This document shows, in pieces, positions 26,703-36,367 of a stretch of DNA of 64,000 nt. Source of the stretch: Schmidtea polychroa. Its lineage: Eukaryota. The stretch lies in NCBI GenBank assembly GCA_044892525.1, contig CM097885.1, positions 35,528,001-35,592,000 on the forward strand. Direction: 5' to 3'. Within the stretch, counting starts at the first letter, position 1; the number at the start of each line of letters is the position of its first letter. The notes below the pieces were generated by a model. The model made no database searches, was not told where the DNA came from, and worked only from the letters and a program-made list of their open reading frames with translations. A program made the position numbers and the translations under genes.

Positions 26703-26849
26703 CATATTTATGTTTAAAAAATAATTAATTAATAAAAAAATAAAATAAAATAAAATAAATAAAATAAAATATACAAGTACTTTATAAATATAAGATACCC
26801 ACACTATTATTTTCAAATTTTTAATATTATTTTATGTTGAAAAAAAACT

Positions 26850-26923
26850 AACCTCAGATGTGATTTGAACCACTATCCATTTGAACCACTGTGCCAGTCT
26901 ATTCCCACTGCGCCATCAAGGTT
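26850..26923 (-). ncRNA. tRNA-like putative Pol III gene 3
   Basis: A box TGGCGCAGTGG, duplicated B box GGTTCAAAT, followed by a T8 run; overlaps the end of ORF 26873-27169. Confidence 0.5.
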
Positions 26924-27169
26924 TGAATTTTTGTCATTTTTTAGACTATAAATAATCGATTCAAGTTCTTTAACTCTTTCCTGTAATTGTTTCATTTTCT
27001 TTAATCTTATATCAGCAACATCTACAGCCTTCATATAAAAATGTCGATACTTTTCATTATCTACCATCAACTCTTTGATGTATTCTAATGGTTCTTCTTC
27101 TCTTCTTTTCATTCTCTTATGTTTAACTTCATTCAATTCATTTCTCATTCTTTCTTTTAACTCATCCAT
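26873..27169 (-). CDS. Hypothetical small coiled-coil protein of B
   Basis: 98-aa ATG ORF with an AAAAATG context like other B genes; charged, helical composition. Confidence 0.55.
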   Translation of the reverse strand: MDELKERMRNELNEVKHKRMKRREEEPLEYIKELMVDNEKYRHFYMKAVDVADIRLKKMKQLQERVKELESIIYSLKNDKNSNLDGAVGIDWHSGSNG

Positions 27170-27337
27170 TTTTATAAATATTTTTTTATTGGATATATTA
27201 ATTTTTGGTAGCTTAAGTTAAAACGTTTTTGATCTTAAATTTCCAAGAGTTGCCGTTGACCAATCTCATTAAAAATTTGTACAAGTACTAAATCGAGTAT
27301 GCTGATCAATATTTCGTTAAAAAAAATTGAAAAAAAA

Positions 27338-27410
27338 TGACCGAAATGGGATTTGAACCCATTGGTATTGGCAATGCAGTCGAGTGCTATTACCACTAAG
27401 CTATTAGAGC
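27338..27410 (-). ncRNA. tRNA-like putative Pol III gene 2 (GCA at the anticodon position, anticodon stem unpaired)
   Basis: 73 nt; A box TAGCTTAGTGG; D stem GCT/AGC; perfect T arm ATGGG-TTCAAAT-CCCAT; T-run immediately downstream. Confidence 0.62.
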
Positions 27411-27579
27411 TATACTCAATATAAAATAAGTTGTTAATGTGTGACTATTTATTGATGAAATTGATAATTAATTATTCATTTTCTCGACAACTACCACTCA
27501 GATCCATCTGAAAATTTAAATATATACTAAAATAAGTACGCTGAATCAGATTCCGTTGAAAAAAAATATCGATAAAAAT

Positions 27580-27653
27580 TGACCAAAATCGAAAATTGAA
27601 CCCGGTACTCCCGGTGATAAAATTGAAGCCTATTCCCACTCAGCTATAATGGC
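27580..27653 (-). ncRNA. tRNA-like putative Pol III gene 1
   Basis: 74 nt; A box TAGCTGAGTGG; B-box-like GGGTTCAAT; same GGTCA 3' end as gene 2; T5 downstream. Confidence 0.5.
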
Positions 27654-27709
27654 TTACATAATATATTTAATTATTCCTATTTTATGTGTGTAAATTTTAA
27701 TATATAAAA

Positions 27710-29002
27710 ATGAATAACATAAATCTTAAAATTCAAGAAAAAAATAAATTAAATATTGATTATAATAAAGAATTTACTCATGAAATTAAAAAAAATGATA
27801 TTTTAAAAATCTCCCCTACGTCAGGATCGATTGCAAACTTAAATCGTAGGGGTGATATAGTTTTTCAATCTCTTCAAACATCAAACCCTATAGATATTTG
27901 TAATGCCAAATTATATTATAAAATCGAATTAGAAATTGAAGCAAACAAAGATATAACCCTAGAAAATAATTTCTTTCCAAATTTATTCTCCAACATGAGA
28001 TTAAAACTAGGATCATCAGAAATTGAAACTGTTTTGCATCCGGGAGTATATTCTACAATGTTAAATTTTATTTTGACTGGTTGTGATTATAAAAACGAAT
28101 ATGGTGAATTAACAGGTTGGATTCCTGATGTTAATAAAGGGGATTTAGATAAAGATGGTTTAGATGTAAACCATGGTTACCATAAAAGAGCTGAACTTTA
28201 TAAATCTAAAAAATTTGAAGGTTATTTTGAATTAAAACACTTGTTTGGATTCCTTCAAAACTATAATCGTATACTTCATAATGTTTTTATAGAATTCATC
28301 TGTAATAGAGTAGAAGGTGATAAAAGATTGTTCTATGGAGCTGTAGATACAAAAGCTAAATTAAAATTATCAACACTTGAATTACATATACCTGAATGGA
28401 CATTAAACCCACATTCTGAGATTAAACTCCTTGAAAGATTAAATTCCAACAAGTCTATAAATGTAAATTATTTAAATAGAATCTGTAGTGAATTTAGTAT
28501 GACAGAGGGTTCAACATATTCTATAAAGGTAGCAAATTTAGCATACCGACCAAGATATATCTTGATTGGATTCAAAGAAGTAGATTCATCTTTCCAAAAA
28601 AATAACAACTTGTTTATTCAAAAGATTGGAGTTGATAATTTAAAAACAATCCAAATTCAATTAAATAGTTCTTATTATCCAATAAATAGAATGGAATTTA
28701 ATATTGAAAATAATGAAAACATATTCCCATATCTAAATTATATTGAAACATGTTATGATTTCAAAGTTGAACCGCAATTAAGTTTAGAAGATTTCAAAAA
28801 TTTATATTCTATATTTTGTATAAATGTTTCAGACCAAGATGATCGCCTAGCCATAAATAATGTTGATGTTACACTTCATGTAACAAAGGATTCTAATTTT
28901 AAAGCTAAAGTATATACATTAATATTAGAAGAAAAGAAAATAGAAATGAAATTATATGGTGGAAAGATTTCAATAATCGAAAATGTTAGGGGAGATTCTT
29001 GA
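27710..29002 (+). CDS. Double jelly-roll major capsid protein of B
   Basis: 430 aa; NLNRRGDIVF, NNFFPNLFS..L, PRYILIGF, LNSSYYP, IFCINVS motifs typical of Polinton MCPs; gene context. Confidence 0.85.
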   Translation: MNNINLKIQEKNKLNIDYNKEFTHEIKKNDILKISPTSGSIANLNRRGDIVFQSLQTSNPIDICNAKLYYKIELEIEANKDITLENNFFPNLFSNMRLKLGSSEIETVLHPGVYSTMLNFILTGCDYKNEYGELTGWIPDVNKGDLDKDGLDVNHGYHKRAELYKSKKFEGYFELKHLFGFLQNYNRILHNVFIEFICNRVEGDKRLFYGAVDTKAKLKLSTLELHIPEWTLNPHSEIKLLERLNSNKSINVNYLNRICSEFSMTEGSTYSIKVANLAYRPRYILIGFKEVDSSFQKNNNLFIQKIGVDNLKTIQIQLNSSYYPINRMEFNIENNENIFPYLNYIETCYDFKVEPQLSLEDFKNLYSIFCINVSDQDDRLAINNVDVTLHVTKDSNFKAKVYTLILEEKKIEMKLYGGKISIIENVRGDS

Positions 29003-29031
29003 TATAATCCCTGATATTTTAACATTTTAAA

Positions 29032-30441
29032 ATGTCTCTAAATAAATATTGGAGATGTGAAAGTTGTAATTGTCAAGTTACAAGACATCATAAAGCAAGT
29101 CATTTAAAAACTAAAAAACATACAGGAGGTGATCTAATTCCACGAGCTGGAGGCGATTTGCAATCTTCAAAAACAACATCTTCAATATTAAAACCTTTTA
29201 CTACAGAAAAATATCCAGGTGAAAGACATTTATTTAAACACAACTATACTGGACCAGGAACACGTCTAGATATTAGATTAGATGAAAATAATAATCCCAA
29301 ACAAGGAGAAGAACCAATAAATAGAATTGATCAAGCAGCTTTAAAACATGACATTGCATACAATTCAACAAATCTTAGAGATAGACATGTTGCAGATGTG
29401 AATTTAATACATGATTTAAATAGTATCCAAAATCCATCAACCCAAGAAAAGGTTCAAAGAGCTCTAGTTAAATTAGCAATGAAAGGTAAGATTTTCATAG
29501 GCTTAGGACACAGTCCGATCACCATGGGTGCAAGACTTCCTAGAATAGCAAAAGATGTTGCTTATAAAAAGATTATCGAACAATCAGACATTGAAAGATC
29601 CCTCGAGAGTACAGCCAAGACTAGTTTACAAACCCCAACAGAATCAGAAATAAAATATGCAAAGGAATTACACCATGAATTTAGAAAAAATAAAAAATAT
29701 TTAAAAGTTCAAGTACATGAAAAAGATCAAACATGGTCTGCAGATTTAGTCTTTATGCCCAAATCATCAGACCCTGAAAAATATAAAATAATTTTAACTG
29801 TAATAGATTTATATACAAGATTTGCTTTTGCAAGGTGTTTAGAAAATAAAACAGGATATTCTATTACAGAAGCATTTGAAAATATATTTGAAGAAAATCA
29901 AAGAATCCCAAAATATTTATGGTGTGATAAAGGAACAGAATTTTATAACAAAGTTTTTACAAAGTTTTTAAATGAAAATGATATTAAATTATATTCAACA
30001 GAAAACGAAGGAAAAGCAGTCGTAGTTGAAAGATTAAATAGAACATTAAAAAATAAAATGTGGAAATATTTTACTGCTATTGGAAAACAAAAATGGAACA
30101 ATGAATTGTTACAAAAGATTGTAAATGAATATAATAATGATGTACATAGTTCTATAAAATTAACACCTTTAAATGCTTCCATGAAGCCTGAAACCATTAA
30201 AGTGGTAAATATTGAAAATGATGTTATTGAAAAACCAAAGTTTAAAATTGGTGACCGAGTAAGAATATTTAAATATAAAAATTAATTTGAAAAAGGATTC
30301 ACAGCAAAATGGACAAATGAAATTTTTATTATAAATAAAATAAATTATACAACTCCAATAACATATAGCATCTTTGATTTAAATAATGAAAAAATATTAG
30401 GTAGATTTTATAATAATGAACTACAGAAAACTGATTTTTAA
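29032..30441 (+). CDS. Zinc finger + parvovirus-type PLA2 (PLA2X) + rve integrase fusion, with a premature TAA at 30283-30285
   Basis: CESC..H..H; HNYTGPGT..D.AALKHDIAY; WSADL, IDLYTR, CDKGTEF, VERLNRTLK. The frame continues after the stop as FEKGFTAKWTNEIF..GRFYNNELQKTDF*. Confidence 0.92.
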
Positions 30442-30452
30442 GTCGACAAGCC

Positions 30453-31244
30453 CTAAAACAAACTTTTCCATATTTCAGCTTCTTCTCTATCCAAATAAAT
30501 ATAATTATATTTTTCTTTCCAATGATTATCAACAAACATATCAAACATATTCTTATCAGGTTCAACATTTGAAAATAAATCATTATAAATCATATTCTTA
30601 TCACGGCGATCTAATTTAAAAAATATAAAACAATTGGAATTATTTCTTATTGAATTTTTATCTAAAGCATAATATGTTTGAGATATATAAATAACATTAC
30701 AATTATTATGTCGACCTCGTGTAAAGTAACTCTTTTGAATCTCTTGATTTTTCATGTTGACAACATCATCAAATATAACTAGATTCTTTTTATCTTTAGG
30801 AAGTAAATCACAATGTAAAACATCTTCAGGTTTATTAGAGAATAAAACTTGAATTGCCTCCTGCCCTTCTTCACAAATATAATCATTTTTATTACTAATA
30901 TCTGATTCTAAAATCTTTTCCTTATACCAATCAACCATATCACAAGGTTGAAAAACTTCTTCAGGACACCTATGTTGATTTTTAAAAATATCAATTATTG
31001 CTTTTTTAGTTAATTTATTTTCAAATCCACATTTCAAAAGTTGTAATTCTGGTTGATTTATGGTTGTAGAATAAAAGATTAAATTATTATAATCTAAAAA
31101 ATCATCTTCAAGTAACATTCTCAAAACAAGTACATTCTTTCCACATCCAGAAGAACCAACAATTAATAATCTAAAATTATCAGGAAATACTTTATTATTG
31201 AATTTACTCTTATGTCTATTTAAAATTGGTTTCCAAGTATCCAT
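30453..31244 (-). CDS. A32/FtsK-like DNA packaging ATPase
   Basis: Walker A GSSGCGKN (variant), Walker B LVIFDD, FTRGRH..ISQ, IRNNSN. Confidence 0.93.
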   Translation of the reverse strand: MDTWKPILNRHKSKFNNKVFPDNFRLLIVGSSGCGKNVLVLRMLLEDDFLDYNNLIFYSTTINQPELQLLKCGFENKLTKKAIIDIFKNQHRCPEEVFQPCDMVDWYKEKILESDISNKNDYICEEGQEAIQVLFSNKPEDVLHCDLLPKDKKNLVIFDDVVNMKNQEIQKSYFTRGRHNNCNVIYISQTYYALDKNSIRNNSNCFIFFKLDRRDKNMIYNDLFSNVEPDKNMFDMFVDNHWKEKYNYIYLDREEAEIWKSLF

Positions 31245-31260
31245 TTTTATTTATTATAAA

Positions 31261-31839
31261 ATGACAACTGAAGAATCTTTGCAAGAATTAATAAATTCAA
31301 ATAAAAATAAATCAGTAGTAATTGATGGTAAAAAATATTTTATTGGAAAACATGTAAAAGAACAAGTTAGAGCGAAGCTCCACGAAGCTAAAGAAGGTGG
31401 CATTCTTCCATTAGCTGCTTTAATACCTGCAATCATTGCTGGTTTATCAGGTGCTGCTGGAATAGCTGGAGGAATTGCAACTACAGTTCAAAAAGCTAAA
31501 GAATCTCAAAAGACAGACCTAGAAAAAGAAAAACTACAAACTGAAATCGATTCAATGAAGAAGGTAGGGCAAGCTAAAGGGGGAGTGTCCGTTGGAAAGG
31601 GTCTCTATCTTAATCCATATGAGGGGAGTCGGCAAAAGTCTCAGGGCAAAGGTCTCTATCTTGATCCTTATAAAGGTAGAGGTTTAAATGATTTTTTAAA
31701 AAATCAAATTTCTACATCTGAATCTTTATCTTCAAAAGATAAAGAAGATTTAAAAAAAATATGTAAATCTTTAAAGAATGGATGCCTTTGTAAAACTAAA
31801 AATGGTAAAGGATTATACTTGAAGCCCTTCGAACTATGA
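31261..31839 (+). CDS. Putative virion core / membrane-active precursor with adenain-type cleavage repeats
   Basis: ATG 31261; EGG-ILPLAALIPAIIAGLSGAAGIAGG hydrophobic segment; three GKGLYLxP repeats. Confidence 0.7.
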   Translation: MTTEESLQELINSNKNKSVVIDGKKYFIGKHVKEQVRAKLHEAKEGGILPLAALIPAIIAGLSGAAGIAGGIATTVQKAKESQKTDLEKEKLQTEIDSMKKVGQAKGGVSVGKGLYLNPYEGSRQKSQGKGLYLDPYKGRGLNDFLKNQISTSESLSSKDKEDLKKICKSLKNGCLCKTKNGKGLYLKPFEL

Positions 31840-31861
31840 TACCATTTTTGATACCATTAAA

Positions 31862-32755
31862 ATGGTATATGAAGAAAGATTAGCACTTTTAAAAAAATTA
31901 CAATCAGAACAAGATAAATATAATAAAAAAGATACAACTCAACATGCTGAATCTATAATATTAAATGAGGTAATAACACAACAACAGGGGCCAACAATTA
32001 AAGCTATAAAAGAGTTGGAAGATTTCAATGAGCAAGCAAAATTTAAAGAGTTAGAAGATAAAAAACAAAAAATAAAAGAACTAGAGTGGCAGGATAAAGA
32101 AAAAGAATCCAGTGAAAACCATCCTGAAAGTCATTCTGAAAGAAATCAAAGAAAACGCAGAAGAATTTCTAATGTGGAAGAAGAAGAAATGTTTTTAAAA
32201 ACAAAACCTCTTAAAGTTGATCCTAAAATTAGAGATGATTTACCTCCTTCAATTAGACCCACATTTAATACTAATACTGAAGGATATCAAATAATAACAA
32301 TTAATAAACAAAACTTTACTTTATATTCAAATTCAGAAAATAAATCACGTATTCATTCACAAAATGTTTATAATAATGAATATTTAGACTTTGAATTTAC
32401 AGATGATTTTTATAGATTACTTTGTGGATATTCTTCAGATGATGTTGAAGAAATTAAAAAATATTTAAATTTAATAAAATTAATAAGAGCTAGTTCTAAA
32501 GCAAAATATATTCAAGATTTAAAGAATTATTTAAATAAAAATGAAAAGGGTTATGTTGTTACAGAGGGAGAGGGATTAATTAGTGAAGGTGGTAAACCAA
32601 ATCCCATCAATCTTTTTATTGAATTAAGAAAACTATTAGCTGCAAGGAAAGCAGGACATAATAATTTAGATTCTGATATTTTAAAGATTTCTAAAGATTT
32701 GTTAAAACAAGGAATAATTTCAAAAGATAAATTTAATAAGTATACGAAGTTATAA
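31862..32755 (+). CDS. Conserved Polinton protein of unknown function (putative virion protein)
   Basis: C-terminal GEGL..LRKLLAARKAGHNN..I..I...L...GII motif recalled from Polinton proteins. Confidence 0.65.
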   Translation: MVYEERLALLKKLQSEQDKYNKKDTTQHAESIILNEVITQQQGPTIKAIKELEDFNEQAKFKELEDKKQKIKELEWQDKEKESSENHPESHSERNQRKRRRISNVEEEEMFLKTKPLKVDPKIRDDLPPSIRPTFNTNTEGYQIITINKQNFTLYSNSENKSRIHSQNVYNNEYLDFEFTDDFYRLLCGYSSDDVEEIKKYLNLIKLIRASSKAKYIQDLKNYLNKNEKGYVVTEGEGLISEGGKPNPINLFIELRKLLAARKAGHNNLDSDILKISKDLLKQGIISKDKFNKYTKL

Positions 32756-32777
32756 ATACGAAGTTTTAAAATACAAA

Positions 32778-33203
32778 ATGACTCCTTCAATATTAGATTT
32801 TTTAAAAACATTTGGAATAAATGCAAAAACAAATTTTGATTTAAAAGATTATGCAAATTATTTAAATTTAAAAATTAAAATATTAATGAATGATGAATTA
32901 TCAAGTCTGGAGAGTCCCCTGAATATAATAATCAATTATCAAAATTCAAATGAAAAAGGATCTCATTGGGTTTGTATATATAAGAAATCTATCTACTTTG
33001 ATTCTTTTGGGATTAAACCTACTAAAGAAGTTGAAGATTATCTCTTGAGGGGTTCTCCGATTGATTCCCCAAATGGTTATACTTTTAACTCTTTACAAGT
33101 TCAACCTTTGAATACTAAAATATGTGGTATTTTAAGTTTATATGTTTTGTATAGATTGAATAAGGGAGAGAGAAAGGGCATACGCAGGATTTTGAATCTA
33201 TAA
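32778..33203 (+). CDS. Adenain-like cysteine maturation protease
   Basis: GSHWVC, YFDSFG, Q..NTKICG give the His-Asp-Gln-Cys catalytic pattern. Confidence 0.92.
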   Translation: MTPSILDFLKTFGINAKTNFDLKDYANYLNLKIKILMNDELSSLESPLNIIINYQNSNEKGSHWVCIYKKSIYFDSFGIKPTKEVEDYLLRGSPIDSPNGYTFNSLQVQPLNTKICGILSLYVLYRLNKGERKGIRRILNL

Positions 33204-33289
33204 TTCAAGAAATTTATAATGATCTAGAATCTCTACTATAAGGATTTTTACTATAAGGATTTTTACTATATGAATTTACTACTAAAGAA

Positions 33290-34054
33290 ATGGAGCTTCA
33301 CAACCCTCCGGAAGATAATTTAAAAAAAATGGTAAACATAATGTCAGATAAATATTCAAGAACTTTATCTATAAATTCAAAAGAATCAGACTTTACTGTA
33401 AACTTTCAAGATTCAATTAAATTAGATCAAAATTTAAATTATGAATTGGGGCTATTATGGTTTTGTGCTTATAATACTATTTTTAATATAACTAAAGATA
33501 ATAATAAATTTACTATTTAAACTCGTGATGGGCATAAACCAGAAATTATAACAATAGAACCTGGGGCATATGAGATAAAAGATTTAAATGATATACTTTC
33601 TAAAAAAACAAATGAAGGTATTAAAATTAAAATGGATATACCAACTTCAAAATGTGTAATGACTTTGAAGAATATAAAAATTAGTTTTTTAGATAATTGT
33701 TTCTTTCACACAGTTTTAGGATTTAAACCTATGGATATAACAATAAAAGAAGATAAAATAATAACATCAGAACATATTATAAAAATAATAAATACAAACA
33801 CAATAAATATTCATTGCGATTGTATAACAGGTTCTTATAATAATGGTAAACAAACAAATGTTTTATATTCCTTTCCCTCAAACACAGTTCCTATGGGATA
33901 TAAAATAGTTGAAAGAATGAATCCTCCAAATTATTTACCTTTATGTAGAAAATATATAATGGATATTAATTTTAAAATTCTTAATCAAGAAGGAGAATTG
34001 ATTGATTTTAATGGAGAAGAGATTTCAATGTATTTACATTTGAAACAGGTTTGA
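33290..34054 (+). pseudogene. Minor capsid (penton-like) protein of B with an in-frame TAA at 33518-33520
   Basis: Both ORFs share a frame; YELGL..YNTIFNIT..NNKF, PGAYEIKDLN, INIHCDCITGSYNNG, PMGYKIVE, IDFNGEEI. Confidence 0.88.
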
Positions 34055-34078
34055 AGATTCATTTTAAATTATTAATAA

Positions 34079-35089
34079 ATGAGTTCTTATATTCCATGTA
34101 ATAGAGGTGGTGGAACAATAAAAACAGGGTTTAATACAGAAGAAATATTAACTTTAACAGAAAATAAATATATTAATGAAAGAGGTGATTCAATGAAGGG
34201 TGATTTAATTTTAAATGGACACAAGATAAAAGAATTATCTTTTCCAACTGATGAAGCTGATGCAGTTAATAAGAAATATGTAGATGGTGTTAAAAAATAT
34301 ACTGATTTAACAACAACAAGAATTGAAAGTTCATTAACAACAAAAATTGATTCAATGGAATCAAAGCTTAATAATATCGAACAACGATTTAATGATAAAT
34401 TTGACAAGTTACAAAGTCTGTTAACTGAACAAGTTGTAAAGTTAAATACTGCTATATTAAATTCTAAAGATAAACAAATTATGAATACTAAATTTAATGC
34501 AATATATAATATAATAAATGAGATGATTACATCATTTAATAAAAGAATTTCAAATTTAGAGTCTCATGGAACACACATTAACACCACACATAGTATTAGA
34601 AAAAGAGCTGCTGAATTAGAACAGAATAAAACATTATTACCCCATACATTTAAACATTTTATAGAACCAAGTTTAATAACAACAAACAGTAAAGAATGGG
34701 GTGTTTTTATGGTTGTAAAAATTATTGATCCTTATTTCTTTTTGTTTGATGATGATAATGAAAGAATGAAATGGTTTGTGAAATGTGATTATAATAGTAA
34801 GCTTGAAAAGGGTGATGTTATAATGACTAGTTATGATTTACCACACGGAGATTGGTATGTTAATACTCATTCACATGGACTACATAAAGTTAAAAGTAAG
34901 AATATTCATTTTTCTAGTTCACTTGTACAATATATAGATTTAATATTTTATGAAAAAAAGGTTGATGTTGATGAAGTTCGTAAAGCATTGAGAGAATTGT
35001 ATAAAGATATCCTCTCAACAAGAGTTTCTTTTGATATCCGAGTATTGGTACCAGATGGTGCTCAGAAGAATAAAGTCTTATTTTTTTAA
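34079..35089 (+). CDS. Putative fibre/spike protein
   Basis: GDSMKGDLILNGHKIKELSFPTDEADAVNKKYVD fibre-type repeat, then coiled coil and a globular C-terminus; follows the penton gene. Confidence 0.6.
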   Translation: MSSYIPCNRGGGTIKTGFNTEEILTLTENKYINERGDSMKGDLILNGHKIKELSFPTDEADAVNKKYVDGVKKYTDLTTTRIESSLTTKIDSMESKLNNIEQRFNDKFDKLQSLLTEQVVKLNTAILNSKDKQIMNTKFNAIYNIINEMITSFNKRISNLESHGTHINTTHSIRKRAAELEQNKTLLPHTFKHFIEPSLITTNSKEWGVFMVVKIIDPYFFLFDDDNERMKWFVKCDYNSKLEKGDVIMTSYDLPHGDWYVNTHSHGLHKVKSKNIHFSSSLVQYIDLIFYEKKVDVDEVRKALRELYKDILSTRVSFDIRVLVPDGAQKNKVLFF

Positions 35090-35097
35090 TTATTAAA

Positions 35098-35688
35098 ATG
35101 GAAGAAGTAAGAGAAGAAAAAATTTACCCAGAATTGAGATCATCAGGATATTATTCTTCTAAGGCCTCGGCTCCCACAGAACTTGAAATTATGAGAGTAA
35201 AAGAATTTAAATCAGAAACCTTACATTTACAAGATTTATTAAAGCATTATAAAAAAATTAAAAATAGATGGAATAAAGGGAATACAGTTTTAAAAGTTAT
35301 AGGTTATTCTTTAGGATTTGCATCTGCAATATTAACAGTTATTTTACCCATAACTTTACCAGTTGTTACTCTTGCACCTGTAATACTTGGAAGTATTTCT
35401 GTGGCTGATGGTTTCTTAACTGAAATAGTTTCATTATCTTATACTTCTAAAAAGAAAAGTTTATATAGAGAAGTTTGTTTATCAATAGAATTAGGAATCT
35501 CTAAATTATTTTTATTTCAATTAAAAGCTTTGGAAGATGGAATCCTGACAGACGAAGAAATAATGAAATCAAATCAAATAATACAAGATATAAAGAATGA
35601 GGTTATAAGATTAAAAATGGAGGGCATGGTGGCTAATGTTATAAGTAATAAAAAAACATCTCGAGAAAAATGGTTAAAGAATTCTTAA
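35098..35688 (+). CDS. Membrane-hairpin protein (resembles the adintovirus GasderminX family)
   Basis: Basic helix, ~40-aa hydrophobic hairpin, KKK, KALEDGILTDEE. Confidence 0.6.
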   Translation: MEEVREEKIYPELRSSGYYSSKASAPTELEIMRVKEFKSETLHLQDLLKHYKKIKNRWNKGNTVLKVIGYSLGFASAILTVILPITLPVVTLAPVILGSISVADGFLTEIVSLSYTSKKKSLYREVCLSIELGISKLFLFQLKALEDGILTDEEIMKSNQIIQDIKNEVIRLKMEGMVANVISNKKTSREKWLKNS

Positions 35689-35788
35689 TTATAAAATGGG
35701 TGTATTTTTAAAAAAGTAGATCAGGTTGCTATAGTTGCTTAAATTAATTGTCGACATTTTATTATTAAAAAATTAAATATCGTTGGTT

Positions 35789-36343
35789 TCAGTTATGGTT
35801 GAAAGCCAACCTATGAATCATTAATTTATGATCTTTAAATTCTTTATCACTTAGACCTTTTATATATTCAGGATCAGTATTAAAATATTTAAGTTCTAAA
35901 CATATAGGATTAAAAACTTGAGAATATAAAGGTTTCTCGATTTCTCTCTCGGGATAAATAATTTCAACATTATAAATATCAAGATCAGTAATCTTTGTAT
36001 CATATAACTTATTCAACTTTTCTAGATTTTTTATTATAGGGATTAAATTATTTCCAATAGGTAGAGTTGTCTTTAAATCACTTAGTATGAATCTCTTATC
36101 ATCATAATTTGATAATGATATTTTTTGAGATTCTATCAAGTGAATATCATGGTTTTCACTTTTAAGTTGATGTATTTCATCAATTTTATCTTTATGATTT
36201 GGATTCAATGTATCTATATAATCTTGATGAGAAAGATTCTTTGCAACCACTCTCTGTATTCCTTTACATCTGTTATCCTTTAAATTAGTAATATTTTTTA
36301 TAATTTCAAAAATGTTATTTTCTTGATTTTTAGTTTCCATCAT
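35789..36343 (-). CDS. Stand-alone paralogue of the pPolB C-terminal (thumb + tail) region
   Basis: KGIQ..HQDY..LKSE.H.I.L..NYDDKRFILSDLKTTLPIGN.LIPIIKNL..LKYFNTDPEYI shared with the adjacent pPolB; has its own ATG. Confidence 0.8.
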   Translation of the reverse strand: MMETKNQENNIFEIIKNITNLKDNRCKGIQRVVAKNLSHQDYIDTLNPNHKDKIDEIHQLKSENHDIHLIESQKISLSNYDDKRFILSDLKTTLPIGNNLIPIIKNLEKLNKLYDTKITDLDIYNVEIIYPEREIEKPLYSQVFNPICLELKYFNTDPEYIKGLSDKEFKDHKLMIHRLAFNHN

Positions 36344-36367
36344 TTTATAGTGTTAAAATTCTAATTC

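Noticed and set aside
27338..27410. Functional tRNA-Cys(GCA)
   Set aside because: The anticodon stem cannot pair and the acceptor stem has mismatches; kept only as a tRNA-like Pol III unit.
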